From IMG/VR virus record IMGVR_UViG_3300029705_000157: a DNA stretch of 55,561 bases. One strand, written 5' to 3'. The notes under the pieces were generated by a model. The model ran no database searches and had not been told where the DNA came from. It saw only the letters and a program-made list of their open reading frames with translations. The stretch comes from a virus. Shown one piece after another: positions 1 through 9,051 of the stretch. Each line of letters opens with the position of its first letter. Positions within the stretch are counted from its first letter, which is position 1. The position numbers were made by a program, and so were the translations under genes.

Positions 1-32
1 CAAAATACATTTTCCCATCAGCACGCATATAG
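1..32. repeat. Terminal overlap identical to 55530..55561 (circular contig closure)
   Basis: caaaatacattttcccatcagcacgcatatag is present at both window ends. One ORF reads continuously across the junction. Confidence 0.9.
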
Positions 33-232
33 TTTCTCTCAAGTGTCGCATACTCAACGTCCTGTGTTGTTGGTTTAAACACATCGCCTTTGCACCAATA
101 AGCAAAATCCCCACTTGCAATCGCTGATTTTTGAGCATCTTGATTTATTACGCCCACGCCAACAGATATGTATGCCCTGTCCCTAATGGGCTTATCCATC
201 GCCTTTTTGTATTCTTCGGAAACATTAATCAT
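1..232 (-). CDS. N-terminal segment of the large tail/baseplate protein; the body is 53740..55557
   Basis: ATG at 232-230 gives MINVSEEYKKAMDKPIRDRAYISVG... This is in frame with MRADGKMYF (ATG at 28-26), which is the start of ORF 53740..55557. The joined protein is about 673 aa. Confidence 0.7.
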   Translation of the reverse strand, partial: MINVSEEYKKAMDKPIRDRAYISVGVGVINQDAQKSAIASGDFAYWCKGDVFKPTTQDVEYATLERNYMRADGKMYF

Positions 233-614
233 TTTCTTCCCACCCACAATCTATAAGATTGAATTTACAAGTTTCATAATTTCTATAGAATATACCATCT
301 AAAAACAATGGCTTTCCTGTTGTATCACTTGGATACATCGTAATTGTATGTCTTTTGTTGTCGTCCCCGGTAAATGTTACTGAAACAAAAAACGGCTCCA
401 ATGCTCTTTTCATTTCAGCCCATGTTTCTGCATCTAATCCACCCCATTGCAGATTGTTAATCTTCCAAAGCCTACGACCGACCAACTGACCTATTACAGC
501 ACCATTGGCATTTCTTCCGGCATCTACGTTTTGAGAATGAACAATTTCCATTCCCGGTGCCGGACACGGAAATCTCACCCCATTTACAATTAAAAAATCC
601 GATTCTCGTTTCAT
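225..614 (-). CDS. Small tail protein of unknown function, in the position after the tape measure where a distal tail protein usually sits
   Basis: 129-aa ORF directly downstream of the tape measure gene. Its stop overlaps the start of the next tail gene. The call rests on synteny only. Confidence 0.4.
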   Translation of the reverse strand: MKRESDFLIVNGVRFPCPAPGMEIVHSQNVDAGRNANGAVIGQLVGRRLWKINNLQWGGLDAETWAEMKRALEPFFVSVTFTGDDNKRHTITMYPSDTTGKPLFLDGIFYRNYETCKFNLIDCGWEEND

Positions 615-630
615 GAATACCTCTCAATAT

Positions 631-657
631 GAAAAGAAGCACCCATTACTGGATGCC
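631..657 (-). terminator. Candidate intrinsic terminator after the tape measure gene
   Basis: On the minus strand, GCATCCA-gtaa-TGGGTGC (7 bp including one G-U pair) is followed by a T-rich run. Confidence 0.45.
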
Positions 658-663
658 CCTTTT

Positions 664-3600
664 TTAAAAATCTGTTATAAGTTGTGCGCCAAGAATACTG
701 CTTCCACGCCTGTTTGCTTGCGCTATCTCTCTATCGCCAATGTTCACACTTGTATCTTTTGCAGCGATTTCTCTCAAAATACCTATTGCCGTTACTAAAA
801 GACTTGCTTCTGTCTGTCCTGTGGAATACACCGCATCTGCAATACCAGTAATTTCAGCACCGCCAGCAACAGCTGTTCGACCGCCCACAGTACCAAGTAA
901 CTCCGGTACGCCATTTTCACCAGCGTAGAATAAACTTGCCGGTTCCGGGAAACCACCTGCTTCAAAACCTTGAATAGGCTTTATGTTAAAACCTATTGTT
1001 CTTTGTTCAAAAATCACATTTCCAAACAAGTCTTTTAACGGACCAATTTTAATGCTTAATTTATTTAACGCACCAATAATATGTGTGTTTATCCAACCAA
1101 TAGCCACATTTAACGACTTTTTCAAAGAATCAACTGATAATCCAAAATCAAGATTCAATTTTGGAAGTTTCGCATTGTTTTTCCACCAATTCACACCTTC
1201 ATCCCATAATCGCTTAAGGTTATCTTTTACACTCTCATAAGATGCTTTTATTTCACTCAATGATGGTTTTGACTTCCAAAACGCCAGTGCATTGTCCCAT
1301 TTTTCTTTTAACTTTGAACCAAAATCTTCATAGCTTGTTTTGACCATTGAAAGCGCTTCTTTAGTTTTGTTCCAGTAATCAACTGCGTTATCCCATCTTT
1401 CCTTGATTTTTGTTTGGAAACTTTCATATGTGGTTTTTACCTGAGAAAGAACCTCTTTTGAACGCCAGTACATAAGAGATTCTTCCCATCGTTCTTTTAT
1501 TTTATCTCGAATAATTTCATACGCTTCTGCTTTTACTTCCGACAGAGGATCTTTTTCTTTCCAGTATTTAACACCTGCATCCCATTTTTCTTTTATTTTT
1601 GCTCTTATATCTTCCACAGGAACTGTTATTTTCGGAAGTTCTATAAGTGTTTTTATCGGAGAAGCAAATGTTGCAATACCCAAAAGAAGTTTCAGGCTTT
1701 CCATGTTAAAATCTTGATATGCTTTTCCGCCTGCTGCTGCCAATTTGAATGCAGAGTTTAAAGTTTTTCCCCAATCGTGATTTTTTATAAAATCACTAAG
1801 TCCAGTTTCTATGCTATCGGAAATGCCGCTCCAGTCTATGTTTTCAACAAATCCCGTGAGCGCATCCAGCAATCCATCAAATGTTAATCCTGCTAGTTCT
1901 AATGCTGAACCAAAATCAAAATTAACTAAAAATGAACTTATTCCATTAGCGATTGATTCTCCAAACTCGTAAAAATCAAATTCTTTTTCAAATGAAATAG
2001 CAGAATAAATTGCCGTGTTTAAACTGTTAGCAAATGTTCTTCCTACGGAATAAAATGTGCTAGGAGATACAAGACCATTCAAGAAACTGGCAAGACCAGT
2101 ACCAAAATTTCTTGCACCTTGGTAAACCTCATCCCAATTAATACGATTAAGGGAACTGGATAGTTTTTCTGATATATAAGTGCCTAATTTTTCCAGTGTA
2201 TCAAGTGAGCTTTTATACTTTTCAAATATTGATTCGGTTTTTGTCCACTGTCCACCAGATACGTCTTCCGTAAAAGCACCCAATCCACCAGCGGCACCAC
2301 CGCCGCCACCAGAACCACCACTATCGCCTTTGTCTGGTTCAAGTACGTTTAATTCGTCAATTCCAAGAAGATAAGACTTTAATTTTTTGGCATTATCAGC
2401 CGCCTTGCCTGTTCCACTCGCCAAATCATCAGATGCACCTGCGGCATCTTCGTAATCCTCTACAAGACCACCGCCAGTAGAACCTTCGTATGTCCATCCG
2501 AATATTTTCCCAAGTGAATTTGAAACTGCTTGCGCAAATTGCGTGAATTTTGCAATAATCACGTTTAAAGTGCTTACAAGTGGCTTAAATGCATTAATGA
2601 ATGTTCCGCCGACTACTGCGCCTAATTGCTCTAAATTCTGCTTTAAAATACGTGTCTGGTTAGCCCAAGTATTAGATGTCCTGAGGAAATCTCCTTGAGC
2701 CGCACCAGTATTAGCCATGACATACTGATACCGAAGCATGGTTTTTTCTGCTTGCGTCATGGACTTAATGTTTGCATCAAGTCCATTTTTCATAGCCCAT
2801 TCTCGCAATGTAGCTTCGGTTAAATCAAGACCATACTGCCTTAGAGGTCTTGTCTGACCAGTAAATATACTAGCCAAATCTTCCGCTACTGCCGACTGTT
2901 CCACATTGTAAAATGATGCCATGTCTGCCGTTAATTTTGTCAATTCAATGGACATGTCAGCCATTTTGCGTTGCGTAAATCCCATTGCGGTTCCCATAGC
3001 TTGAAATCTACTGGAAACTTGCTTAACAGTCAGTTCGGACATACCAAATTCCGTAATAGACGTTTCGGACATCTTTTCTACCAAATTAGAATATTTTCCA
3101 AACGTAACATCTACTATGTTCTGAACTTCCGTCAAGTTACTCGATATGTCGATTGCTTTTTTTAAAATTCTAAATGCCCTAAACAACATCCAATATGTGG
3201 CATATACTTTACCAATAGCAGCTGCAAGGCTAAACGTATTTTTTCGTGCCCTTACAGTTGAATTTGAAAATGAATCAAGCGACTTACTGATAGATGTTGC
3301 TGCTTTCCCACTGGAAGCACCTGTCCTTGACAACTTGGCCAAGGCATTAGTAAACAAAATAAGGTTTTTTGATACTTGCGGAAGTCTTGACATTCTGTTA
3401 ATTAAGTCTTCCATGGCACTTGCAAGCAGAGGTATATTTTTGATTGCTTGTGTAGAGCTTTTGTAACCCAACTGCGCTATTCCTTTTGCAAGCTGGCTTA
3501 TTTTAGTTGCGTTGTCGCTGATCGGAACGGATGCCATCCCGGATAGAGACTTTGCCATTCCACTAAACGCAACGGAAAGACCCCTTATTTTCGATGTGTC

Positions 3601-3846
3601 AATAGATGTCAGTCTTTCCATGTTCTTTGCAAGACGAGTAAAATCGGCAGCATTTACATTTTTCATATTCATCATTGAGTTGGCAAGACCGCTTACTCCA
3701 TGCGCCAATGACGGAATCCCAGAATTGCTGGCTCTAGATAAATTTGAACTCAATCTATCAAGTTTTGAATTAAGAGCATCAAGAGAAGCTGATGCGGTCC
3801 TAGCTTGTGCCGATATTTGAATCTCTAAACTATCTACGACTGACAC
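664..3846 (-). CDS. Tail tape measure protein
   Basis: ORF of about 1060 aa, long and helical, following the G/GT chaperones. It has a Gly-rich segment (GGSGGGGGAAGG) and five Trp-containing 29-aa repeats. The likely start is GTG at 3846, preceded by GAGGTGA; the ORF stays open to 3882. Confidence 0.9.
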   Translation of the reverse strand: MSVVDSLEIQISAQARTASASLDALNSKLDRLSSNLSRASNSGIPSLAHGVSGLANSMMNMKNVNAADFTRLAKNMERLTSIDTSKIRGLSVAFSGMAKSLSGMASVPISDNATKISQLAKGIAQLGYKSSTQAIKNIPLLASAMEDLINRMSRLPQVSKNLILFTNALAKLSRTGASSGKAATSISKSLDSFSNSTVRARKNTFSLAAAIGKVYATYWMLFRAFRILKKAIDISSNLTEVQNIVDVTFGKYSNLVEKMSETSITEFGMSELTVKQVSSRFQAMGTAMGFTQRKMADMSIELTKLTADMASFYNVEQSAVAEDLASIFTGQTRPLRQYGLDLTEATLREWAMKNGLDANIKSMTQAEKTMLRYQYVMANTGAAQGDFLRTSNTWANQTRILKQNLEQLGAVVGGTFINAFKPLVSTLNVIIAKFTQFAQAVSNSLGKIFGWTYEGSTGGGLVEDYEDAAGASDDLASGTGKAADNAKKLKSYLLGIDELNVLEPDKGDSGGSGGGGGAAGGLGAFTEDVSGGQWTKTESIFEKYKSSLDTLEKLGTYISEKLSSSLNRINWDEVYQGARNFGTGLASFLNGLVSPSTFYSVGRTFANSLNTAIYSAISFEKEFDFYEFGESIANGISSFLVNFDFGSALELAGLTFDGLLDALTGFVENIDWSGISDSIETGLSDFIKNHDWGKTLNSAFKLAAAGGKAYQDFNMESLKLLLGIATFASPIKTLIELPKITVPVEDIRAKIKEKWDAGVKYWKEKDPLSEVKAEAYEIIRDKIKERWEESLMYWRSKEVLSQVKTTYESFQTKIKERWDNAVDYWNKTKEALSMVKTSYEDFGSKLKEKWDNALAFWKSKPSLSEIKASYESVKDNLKRLWDEGVNWWKNNAKLPKLNLDFGLSVDSLKKSLNVAIGWINTHIIGALNKLSIKIGPLKDLFGNVIFEQRTIGFNIKPIQGFEAGGFPEPASLFYAGENGVPELLGTVGGRTAVAGGAEITGIADAVYSTGQTEASLLVTAIGILREIAAKDTSVNIGDREIAQANRRGSSILGAQLITDF
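1170..1625 (-). repeat. Five tandem coding repeats of about 87 bp (29 aa) inside the tape measure
   Basis: Repeated KIKE(K/R)WDxxxxYWxxKxxLSxVK units: IKEKWDAGVKYW, IKERWEESLMYW, IKERWDNAVDYW, LKEKWDNALAFW, LKRLWDEGVNWW. Confidence 0.7.
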
Positions 3847-3941
3847 TTTCTCACCTCGCATATAAAAAAATAGAGATACCAAACAAGCCTACTCAGTGTC
3901 ACCTCTCACTTTTCGACTTATAAATTTTTGGTATCTCTTTG

Positions 3942-3973
3942 AAAAAAGATGGCAAGATTTGACCCTTGCCATC
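3942..3973 (-). terminator. Strong intrinsic terminator after the peptidoglycan hydrolase gene
   Basis: On the minus strand, GATGGCAAG-ggtcaaat-CTTGCCATC (9-bp stem) is followed by TTTTTT. Confidence 0.7.
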
Positions 3974-3984
3974 CCTAAAATATT

Positions 3985-4974
3985 TTAAACTCTTTTAACG
4001 TATTTTGCGCTAACAAAACCGTATACCCTACCGTCAATTCGGATATAATACCAATCATCGCCATTTGACGCTTTTACAGTGTCACAGACATCAATAAGAT
4101 TATCTCTGCCAAGCTGTGGCCATGATTTAATCTTTTCATTCTCAGCACCAGCCCATGTACGGACATTCAATAAATCTGCTGTAACTTTTCCGACCCATTT
4201 AGGCTCTCTGTTTAATGTGGTACCACTTGATTGTACTGGTTTTTCAACAGCAACTTCTTCTTTTCTTTTTACATAATCCTGATGGATATACCCAACATGC
4301 TTATATGCAATTCTGATTTTGTACCATGAACCTACTCTTTCAAGCACTTCAAATTCATTACCCTTATTCAACTTTGGATAACCTGTAATATTCGCATATC
4401 CTGTAGACGGTCCTTTTCTTACGTTTACATCATCTCCGGTACATTCCGCAACAAACATAACGCTATCTTCTACGTTGTTATTTCCAATATCAGTAATAAA
4501 TTCTTTTTCAGAACCATCATTTTTAATATACCGTTTTACACCGATAAACGGCTTACCGGATGCATTTCTCTGTTTGCAATAATCAATCATATTCTTTCTT
4601 GTAGGACCCACACCAGAACCATGACCGGAAATCTGTCCATTTCCAACATACATCTCAATGTGACCAACTCTATGCGGTCTGCCGTTATCGTAATTGGTAG
4701 CGAAAAACAATTCATCACCAATCTGCATCTGTGATTCATCCGGCAACGTACCGCCCAACTGGACCCATGTTCCTTTTCCAATCTGAGCACCAGTGTAGGA
4801 ACCAATATCAATACCTACTTCCTTGTATGCTCTCTGTTGTAAGGAACTACAATCAGACCATCCATTATCTACTTGTGTTCGCTTGCTCGATTGTGTATAC
4901 TTGTTTTTTCCTTCACGGGAAAAGATGTAATCTCTTACTTTTTTTCTTTTTTCTGTTGCATTCATAATCCACAC
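3985..4974 (-). CDS. NlpC/P60 cysteine endopeptidase with two C-terminal SH3b-like domains (probable endolysin or virion lysin)
   Basis: Catalytic-type Cys context GWSDCSSLQQRAY and His context RVGHIEMYVGNG. Two repeats of the SH3b-like pattern: VNVRKGPSTGY...WYKI and LNVRTWAG...WYYIRIDG. Confidence 0.85.
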   Translation of the reverse strand: MWIMNATEKRKKVRDYIFSREGKNKYTQSSKRTQVDNGWSDCSSLQQRAYKEVGIDIGSYTGAQIGKGTWVQLGGTLPDESQMQIGDELFFATNYDNGRPHRVGHIEMYVGNGQISGHGSGVGPTRKNMIDYCKQRNASGKPFIGVKRYIKNDGSEKEFITDIGNNNVEDSVMFVAECTGDDVNVRKGPSTGYANITGYPKLNKGNEFEVLERVGSWYKIRIAYKHVGYIHQDYVKRKEEVAVEKPVQSSGTTLNREPKWVGKVTADLLNVRTWAGAENEKIKSWPQLGRDNLIDVCDTVKASNGDDWYYIRIDGRVYGFVSAKYVKRV

Positions 4975-4976
4975 CT

Positions 4977-5435
4977 CTATTTCTTCGGATGCTCTAACTC
5001 AAAATTAGATTTCATTACCATAAGACCAGCCACAAATGCTTCACGCTGTTTTTGTAATTCGTCTTCCGATAATTCATTCTTTGAATCTATGTTGTATGGT
5101 TTCTTAGGGTATTCATGCTTTTTACTTGTCTTTCCGCCTAGCTGGTTACATACCGTAGACATGATAGCTTCAGCAAAATATTGTCCCTGTATATGCATTA
5201 AACCATTTGTTTCCTTTATTCTTCTGATATGTGCTTTTTCATATGGCCATAATTCTTTCGGGCAACTATCTAATATCTCGGTTTTGGAAACGCCCATTGA
5301 AATATAGTACGGCAACACATCATCATATACTGTGTCAGAAAAACTTTTTACTTCTGTGGTTTTTTGTGATCCTGTGGTTTCTTCGGCTCTTTCTTCGGTT
5401 CTTCCTCCATCGCCGTCAGAAGGTCTGCTAAAAAA
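4977..5435 (-). CDS. -1 frame extension of the tail assembly chaperone (gpT-like part of the G-T fusion)
   Basis: The frame is open, with no stop, from the slippery site at 5435 through annotated ORF 4977..5318. It lies in the -1 frame relative to 5348..5773. Confidence 0.7.
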   Translation of the reverse strand, partial: FFSRPSDGDGGRTEERAEETTGSQKTTEVKSFSDTVYDDVLPYYISMGVSKTEILDSCPKELWPYEKAHIRRIKETNGLMHIQGQYFAEAIMSTVCNQLGGKTSKKHEYPKKPYNIDSKNELSEDELQKQREAFVAGLMVMKSNFELEHPKK

Positions 5436-5773
5436 CCCTCGCTCATTAATTCCTCCGTGAGCATAACAAACAACTCAAAAAGACCTCGTTTTTCTTCTGT
5501 TTCTTCATCTCGATAATCGTCAAGAATATCACCAACAGCTTGTAAATCTTCTACCGGATTGTATTTCTTGAACCCTACAAAAAGAAGTTCTCTTACACAT
5601 GTAAACAAATCTTTGATTTTTCCTATACCTGAAATATCATTATCATCTTCCACATTTGACGCATTGAACAGTCGCATCAAATCATTTGTTCTTTCCATCA
5701 AATCCGTGTCACAAAAACTGTTGTAACCAAATTTAATCTTGTATTCTTTTCCGTTAATTGTAAATGTCTTCAT
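5348..5773 (-). CDS. Tail assembly chaperone (gpG-like)
   Basis: 141-aa acidic protein between the major tail and tape measure genes. It carries the slippery site near its 3' end. Confidence 0.7.
   Translation of the reverse strand: MKTFTINGKEYKIKFGYNSFCDTDLMERTNDLMRLFNASNVEDDNDISGIGKIKDLFTCVRELLFVGFKKYNPVEDLQAVGDILDDYRDEETEEKRGLFELFVMLTEELMSEGFLADLLTAMEEEPKKEPKKPQDHKKPQK
5429..5435 (-). other. Candidate -1 programmed ribosomal frameshift heptamer T TTT TTA
   Basis: Zero-frame codons GGT TTT TTA (EGFL) in the chaperone gene form a canonical X XXY YYZ site. The -1 frame is open downstream for about 150 codons. Confidence 0.6.
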
Positions 5774-5851
5774 AATCTAATCCTTTCCTCCACTTTATTG
5801 TGGAAAGGAGCCACCCCGTAGGATGGCTCTCTTTTATACACATATTTTTGA

Positions 5852-6325
5852 TTACGCTGTGAACGCTACTTTTGCTTCCATTCCGACAAGTTCCTCAATA
5901 CTAAGAGGAAACTCTACCACTAACAATTCATTCTGACCGATTTCCGGCTGCGGAATTGCCTGTGGTGGCTGCGCTACAACAAAAAATGACTTATCAAAAC
6001 CAGGAATAATTGTCTGGAACCACATGCGCTTTTGACCTTCCTGTGCTGTCTTATATGCAGCAATAAGGTTTTCCCACTCAACCAATGTTTCCGGCGTGAA
6101 ATTCACAGAAACAGGGAATGAACCACCTGTAGATGCTCTACCAGCTACAGTTCTTTCAACCAAATCTTCAATAGCTGAAGAATCAATTGTTTCCGGCTCT
6201 GCCGTAATTCCGCCAATTGAATTAATTCTGTTTAATTTTGTAAATGACGATGGCTTTTCACCGCTTGTAGTTTCTACACCGTAACCAAATGTAATACCTA
6301 ATGTACTAACACCAGCTAATGCCAT
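5852..6325 (-). CDS. Major tail (tube) protein
   Basis: Synteny upstream of the chaperones. GGAGGT lies 8 nt before the ATG of MALAGVSTLGITFGYGVE... Confidence 0.7.
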   Translation of the reverse strand: MALAGVSTLGITFGYGVETTSGEKPSSFTKLNRINSIGGITAEPETIDSSAIEDLVERTVAGRASTGGSFPVSVNFTPETLVEWENLIAAYKTAQEGQKRMWFQTIIPGFDKSFFVVAQPPQAIPQPEIGQNELLVVEFPLSIEELVGMEAKVAFTA

Positions 6326-6376
6326 AACTTTATACCTCCATAAAAAATCGTAAAAAAATAAGAGCATTTCTGCTCT

Positions 6377-6778
6377 TTACAACACATCATTACCGCCAAC
6401 TATTCGGCGGTACCTTGATATATTTCTGAATACTTCATCATCGGAATTATCTGGGAACGGTTCACCGATCATTTCGTATCTCATGCTTTTCATTATTTCG
6501 CAAACAACATCCGCCACTTCCTGTGCGTGGCGTTCGCTTACATTGTCAAATATTTCAATCTGAAATGTGGATAATATTGCATTTATTTCTGTACCTTCAA
6601 GTGTTTGTCCCGCTTCTCCGCCTTGCATACGTTTCACCAATACAGTCGGAAACTGCGGTTCTTTAGGTAAGCTCTGTTCAGTAGAAAAAAACAAATCGGG
6701 ATATTTAGTTTTCAATCTTTCTGTGGCAATTGTCTTTATTCGAGTAAAAACAATTGACGGTATATCACTTATCCACAT
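6377..6778 (-). CDS. Tail completion / tail terminator-like protein
   Basis: 133-aa ORF immediately upstream of the tail tube gene. The call rests on synteny only. Confidence 0.4.
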   Translation of the reverse strand: MWISDIPSIVFTRIKTIATERLKTKYPDLFFSTEQSLPKEPQFPTVLVKRMQGGEAGQTLEGTEINAILSTFQIEIFDNVSERHAQEVADVVCEIMKSMRYEMIGEPFPDNSDDEVFRNISRYRRIVGGNDVL

Positions 6779-7305
6779 TACTTAAATACCCCCTTGGCAA
6801 TCTCAGGAACCAACGCAACCAAATCTAATGCGGTTTCATACATAAATGGTCTACTCGGCATACCTTCTGTGAAATAAACCAGTCCATCTCTTTCGTAAAA
6901 CCATCCATATCGTCCGTCTGCAAGCTGTCTTATCGTTTGACCGCTCGCATAATCCCATTTGACTCCCGGAGGAAACGGATACGGATATGGACTGCTACGC
7001 CCCACTATACCGGCACCAAACTCCACATACACAGCGTGTTCGGAATCTGTAACAATACAAAAAACAGCACCGAATTTTTTGGACGAAACGTATGCACTAT
7101 GAATACTGCTTATCAGCTCGCCCGTGAATATTGCATCCAATTCAGCAACATTCATTCTCGCAACCGGAACACCAGCTTCCGCCAGCAATCTTGCCAATTC
7201 ACTTGCTTTATACGACAAGCTGTTTTTATACTGCGTTAATTTGTTTTTAAGCTGTGCTACACTTGACGGCGATAAAATATCCACTTTAAATCTTTTCTTC
7301 GCCAT
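6778..7305 (-). CDS. Head-tail joining protein, HK97 gp10-like
   Basis: Size, position, and a central AVYVEFGAGIVG segment typical of gp10-like proteins. Confidence 0.5.
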   Translation of the reverse strand: MAKKRFKVDILSPSSVAQLKNKLTQYKNSLSYKASELARLLAEAGVPVARMNVAELDAIFTGELISSIHSAYVSSKKFGAVFCIVTDSEHAVYVEFGAGIVGRSSPYPYPFPPGVKWDYASGQTIRQLADGRYGWFYERDGLVYFTEGMPSRPFMYETALDLVALVPEIAKGVFK

Positions 7306-7312
7306 ATAACGA

Positions 7313-7753
7313 CTACACGCGCTTTCCGAGTATATATTTCAACCCATTTAGACTTGGCACCTTTTTAAGCACCTTATAGTCTGCTGAATTTGGGTCTGCA
7401 CTCTGATTTTCCGTGTCTTTATATCTGACATTGTTTTCAAACCACACAACACTTGTTTCCGATATGTCCGCTTCGCCTTTATCAAGAATCAATACGGCAT
7501 CATAACCCGATGAATCAATACCGTATTCGGTTTCGCTTGATTCATCCCCAGACATTGTTATATTCCCAGATACATCAACAGCTTTTCCATATGACATTTC
7601 GTAATTACCAGTTTCTACAGGCGTTTTTACGCCGTCAATTTCTATGTATTTTATATCGCCGTTTTCATCTTTTTCGTATATCGGAACAAGTCCTGTTTGA
7701 TTTGCGTAATATATTGTTTGCTTATTTTTTCGTAGTGTTCTCAAAATAAACAC
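7313..7753 (-). CDS. Head closure / head-tail adaptor candidate
   Basis: 146-aa ORF in the connector gene block. The call rests on synteny only. Confidence 0.35.
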   Translation of the reverse strand: MFILRTLRKNKQTIYYANQTGLVPIYEKDENGDIKYIEIDGVKTPVETGNYEMSYGKAVDVSGNITMSGDESSETEYGIDSSGYDAVLILDKGEADISETSVVWFENNVRYKDTENQSADPNSADYKVLKKVPSLNGLKYILGKRV

Positions 7754-8020
7754 CTACTTTTTATTTTGTGACCATGCTTGATGTACTCCTGTACTGGCAA
7801 GACCACTAACGATACCGACTGCAATTGCATTAAGCACATCATTTGCCGGAAAGTCTGGAATAACATACATTCCAACAACCCCTAAAACACCGCCAGCAAT
7901 TCCAACAATAACCGGTATCAATTCATCTTTTACCTTTGCAGATGCTTTTGCCGCCATTCCAATTAAAAATGTAATAACGACAATTGCAAGAACTGTACCC
8001 ATCTGAGTAATATCTACCAT
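7754..8020 (-). CDS. Holin-like membrane protein
   Basis: 88 aa with two to three hydrophobic helices (VLAIVVITFLIGMAA, IPVIVGIAGGVLGVVGMYVI, AIAVGIVSGLASTG) and a charged C-terminus (SQNKK). Confidence 0.65.
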   Translation of the reverse strand: MVDITQMGTVLAIVVITFLIGMAAKASAKVKDELIPVIVGIAGGVLGVVGMYVIPDFPANDVLNAIAVGIVSGLASTGVHQAWSQNKK

Positions 8021-8032
8021 TGCTATATCCTC

Positions 8033-8326
8033 CTAATCACGAATATCAAGGCGTTCTATTTCTTCTTTTAAATGAGTAACCATACCGTTTCCACCAAGCG
8101 AATGATACGCTTCGTACATTTCAAGGAAATTTTGTATTCCATGCGTGGTAATGTATTTTCGTTCTATCCATTCCTTGTGATATTCAATAAGTTTCACTCT
8201 GAGAAGTAACATAATGCCCTTGTCGCTTGCGCTTCTTGCTTTTTTCTGGTCTTTTAAAAGCCATACGATATAAGACAGCAATATAGGCAGTGCGACTGTT
8301 ATAGCTTGCATAATTATTTCTTTCAT
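8033..8326 (-). CDS. N-terminally membrane-anchored small protein (possible lysis accessory)
   Basis: Start MKEIIMQAITVALPILLSYIVWLL after GAGGTA. It has a single TM helix followed by a soluble helical domain, and lies adjacent to the holin-like gene. Confidence 0.35.
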   Translation of the reverse strand: MKEIIMQAITVALPILLSYIVWLLKDQKKARSASDKGIMLLLRVKLIEYHKEWIERKYITTHGIQNFLEMYEAYHSLGGNGMVTHLKEEIERLDIRD

Positions 8327-8351
8327 GTATAAATACCTCAAGTTCCATCCA

Positions 8352-8699
8352 TTAAAAAAGAACCTTAACAAAAGAAACTACACCGTTTAGGATTTTTTCT
8401 CTGTCAACCCATGTTCTACTTACTGAGTTTTCACTATGGCTTGACTGGAATTCTGCCCCTATCTGGTTGTAATCGTATAATGCAAGATTCTTAATTACAG
8501 AATAATAATTATATAAATCGCACTGTATCATTTCTTCTGAGTACGATGTCGCAGTATAATTTCTTCTGAGCCTTACTTCACGTATTGCATTTTTTACTTT
8601 TGATTGCAAGACCGCTTCGTTAAATGTAGGCTCGTCTTTTAATTCAATTGTCAAGTCATTAACAATTTCTTTTTGGAGTTCTACATTTTTCTCGCTCAT
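8352..8699 (-). CDS. Head-tail connector protein (gp6-like)
   Basis: 115 aa, the first gene after the capsid/decoration genes. The composition is typical of gp6-like connectors. Confidence 0.5.
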   Translation of the reverse strand: MSEKNVELQKEIVNDLTIELKDEPTFNEAVLQSKVKNAIREVRLRRNYTATSYSEEMIQCDLYNYYSVIKNLALYDYNQIGAEFQSSHSENSVSRTWVDREKILNGVVSFVKVLF

Positions 8700-8710
8700 A
8701 CCTTAAACTC

Positions 8711-9028
8711 CTATAAACCAAACAACTCAATCAGAACCTTTTTTAATTCCACGCCGGTCATCTCTTCCGCGTTTTCTACGCTTTCAGCCCTGGCCAGTTT
8801 TCTAAGTTCTGATGTTGACATCTTATTGATGTCTGTTTTTTTGTATTTGGTTTTTTCTTCTGAAATAAGCATAATAAGCGGTTTTTTTTGCCTATTCTTG
8901 CTTGTCGATAATTCTTTAAGTCTATCTTCACTGACTTTTAATCCGTTGCGGGGGAAAATATCCCCCACATTATACGGATGATTAAAGTCTTGTAAGTCTG
9001 TGAAGTAACGAATTACCTTATAACTCAT
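8711..9028 (-). CDS. Hypothetical head-associated protein with a C-terminal helix-extended-helix (Rho-N/SAP-like) motif
   Basis: C-terminus MSTSELRKLARAESVENAEEMTGVELKKVLIELFGL. Confidence 0.35.
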   Translation of the reverse strand: MSYKVIRYFTDLQDFNHPYNVGDIFPRNGLKVSEDRLKELSTSKNRQKKPLIMLISEEKTKYKKTDINKMSTSELRKLARAESVENAEEMTGVELKKVLIELFGL

Positions 9029-9051
9029 TTTTACCTCTCCCGTTTATACAA

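Noticed and set aside
1-32. 32-bp terminal direct repeat as physical DTR or cos ends
   Set aside because: It is too short for typical DTRs, it lies inside a continuous tail gene, and it is more simply explained as assembly overlap of a circular or circularly permuted genome.
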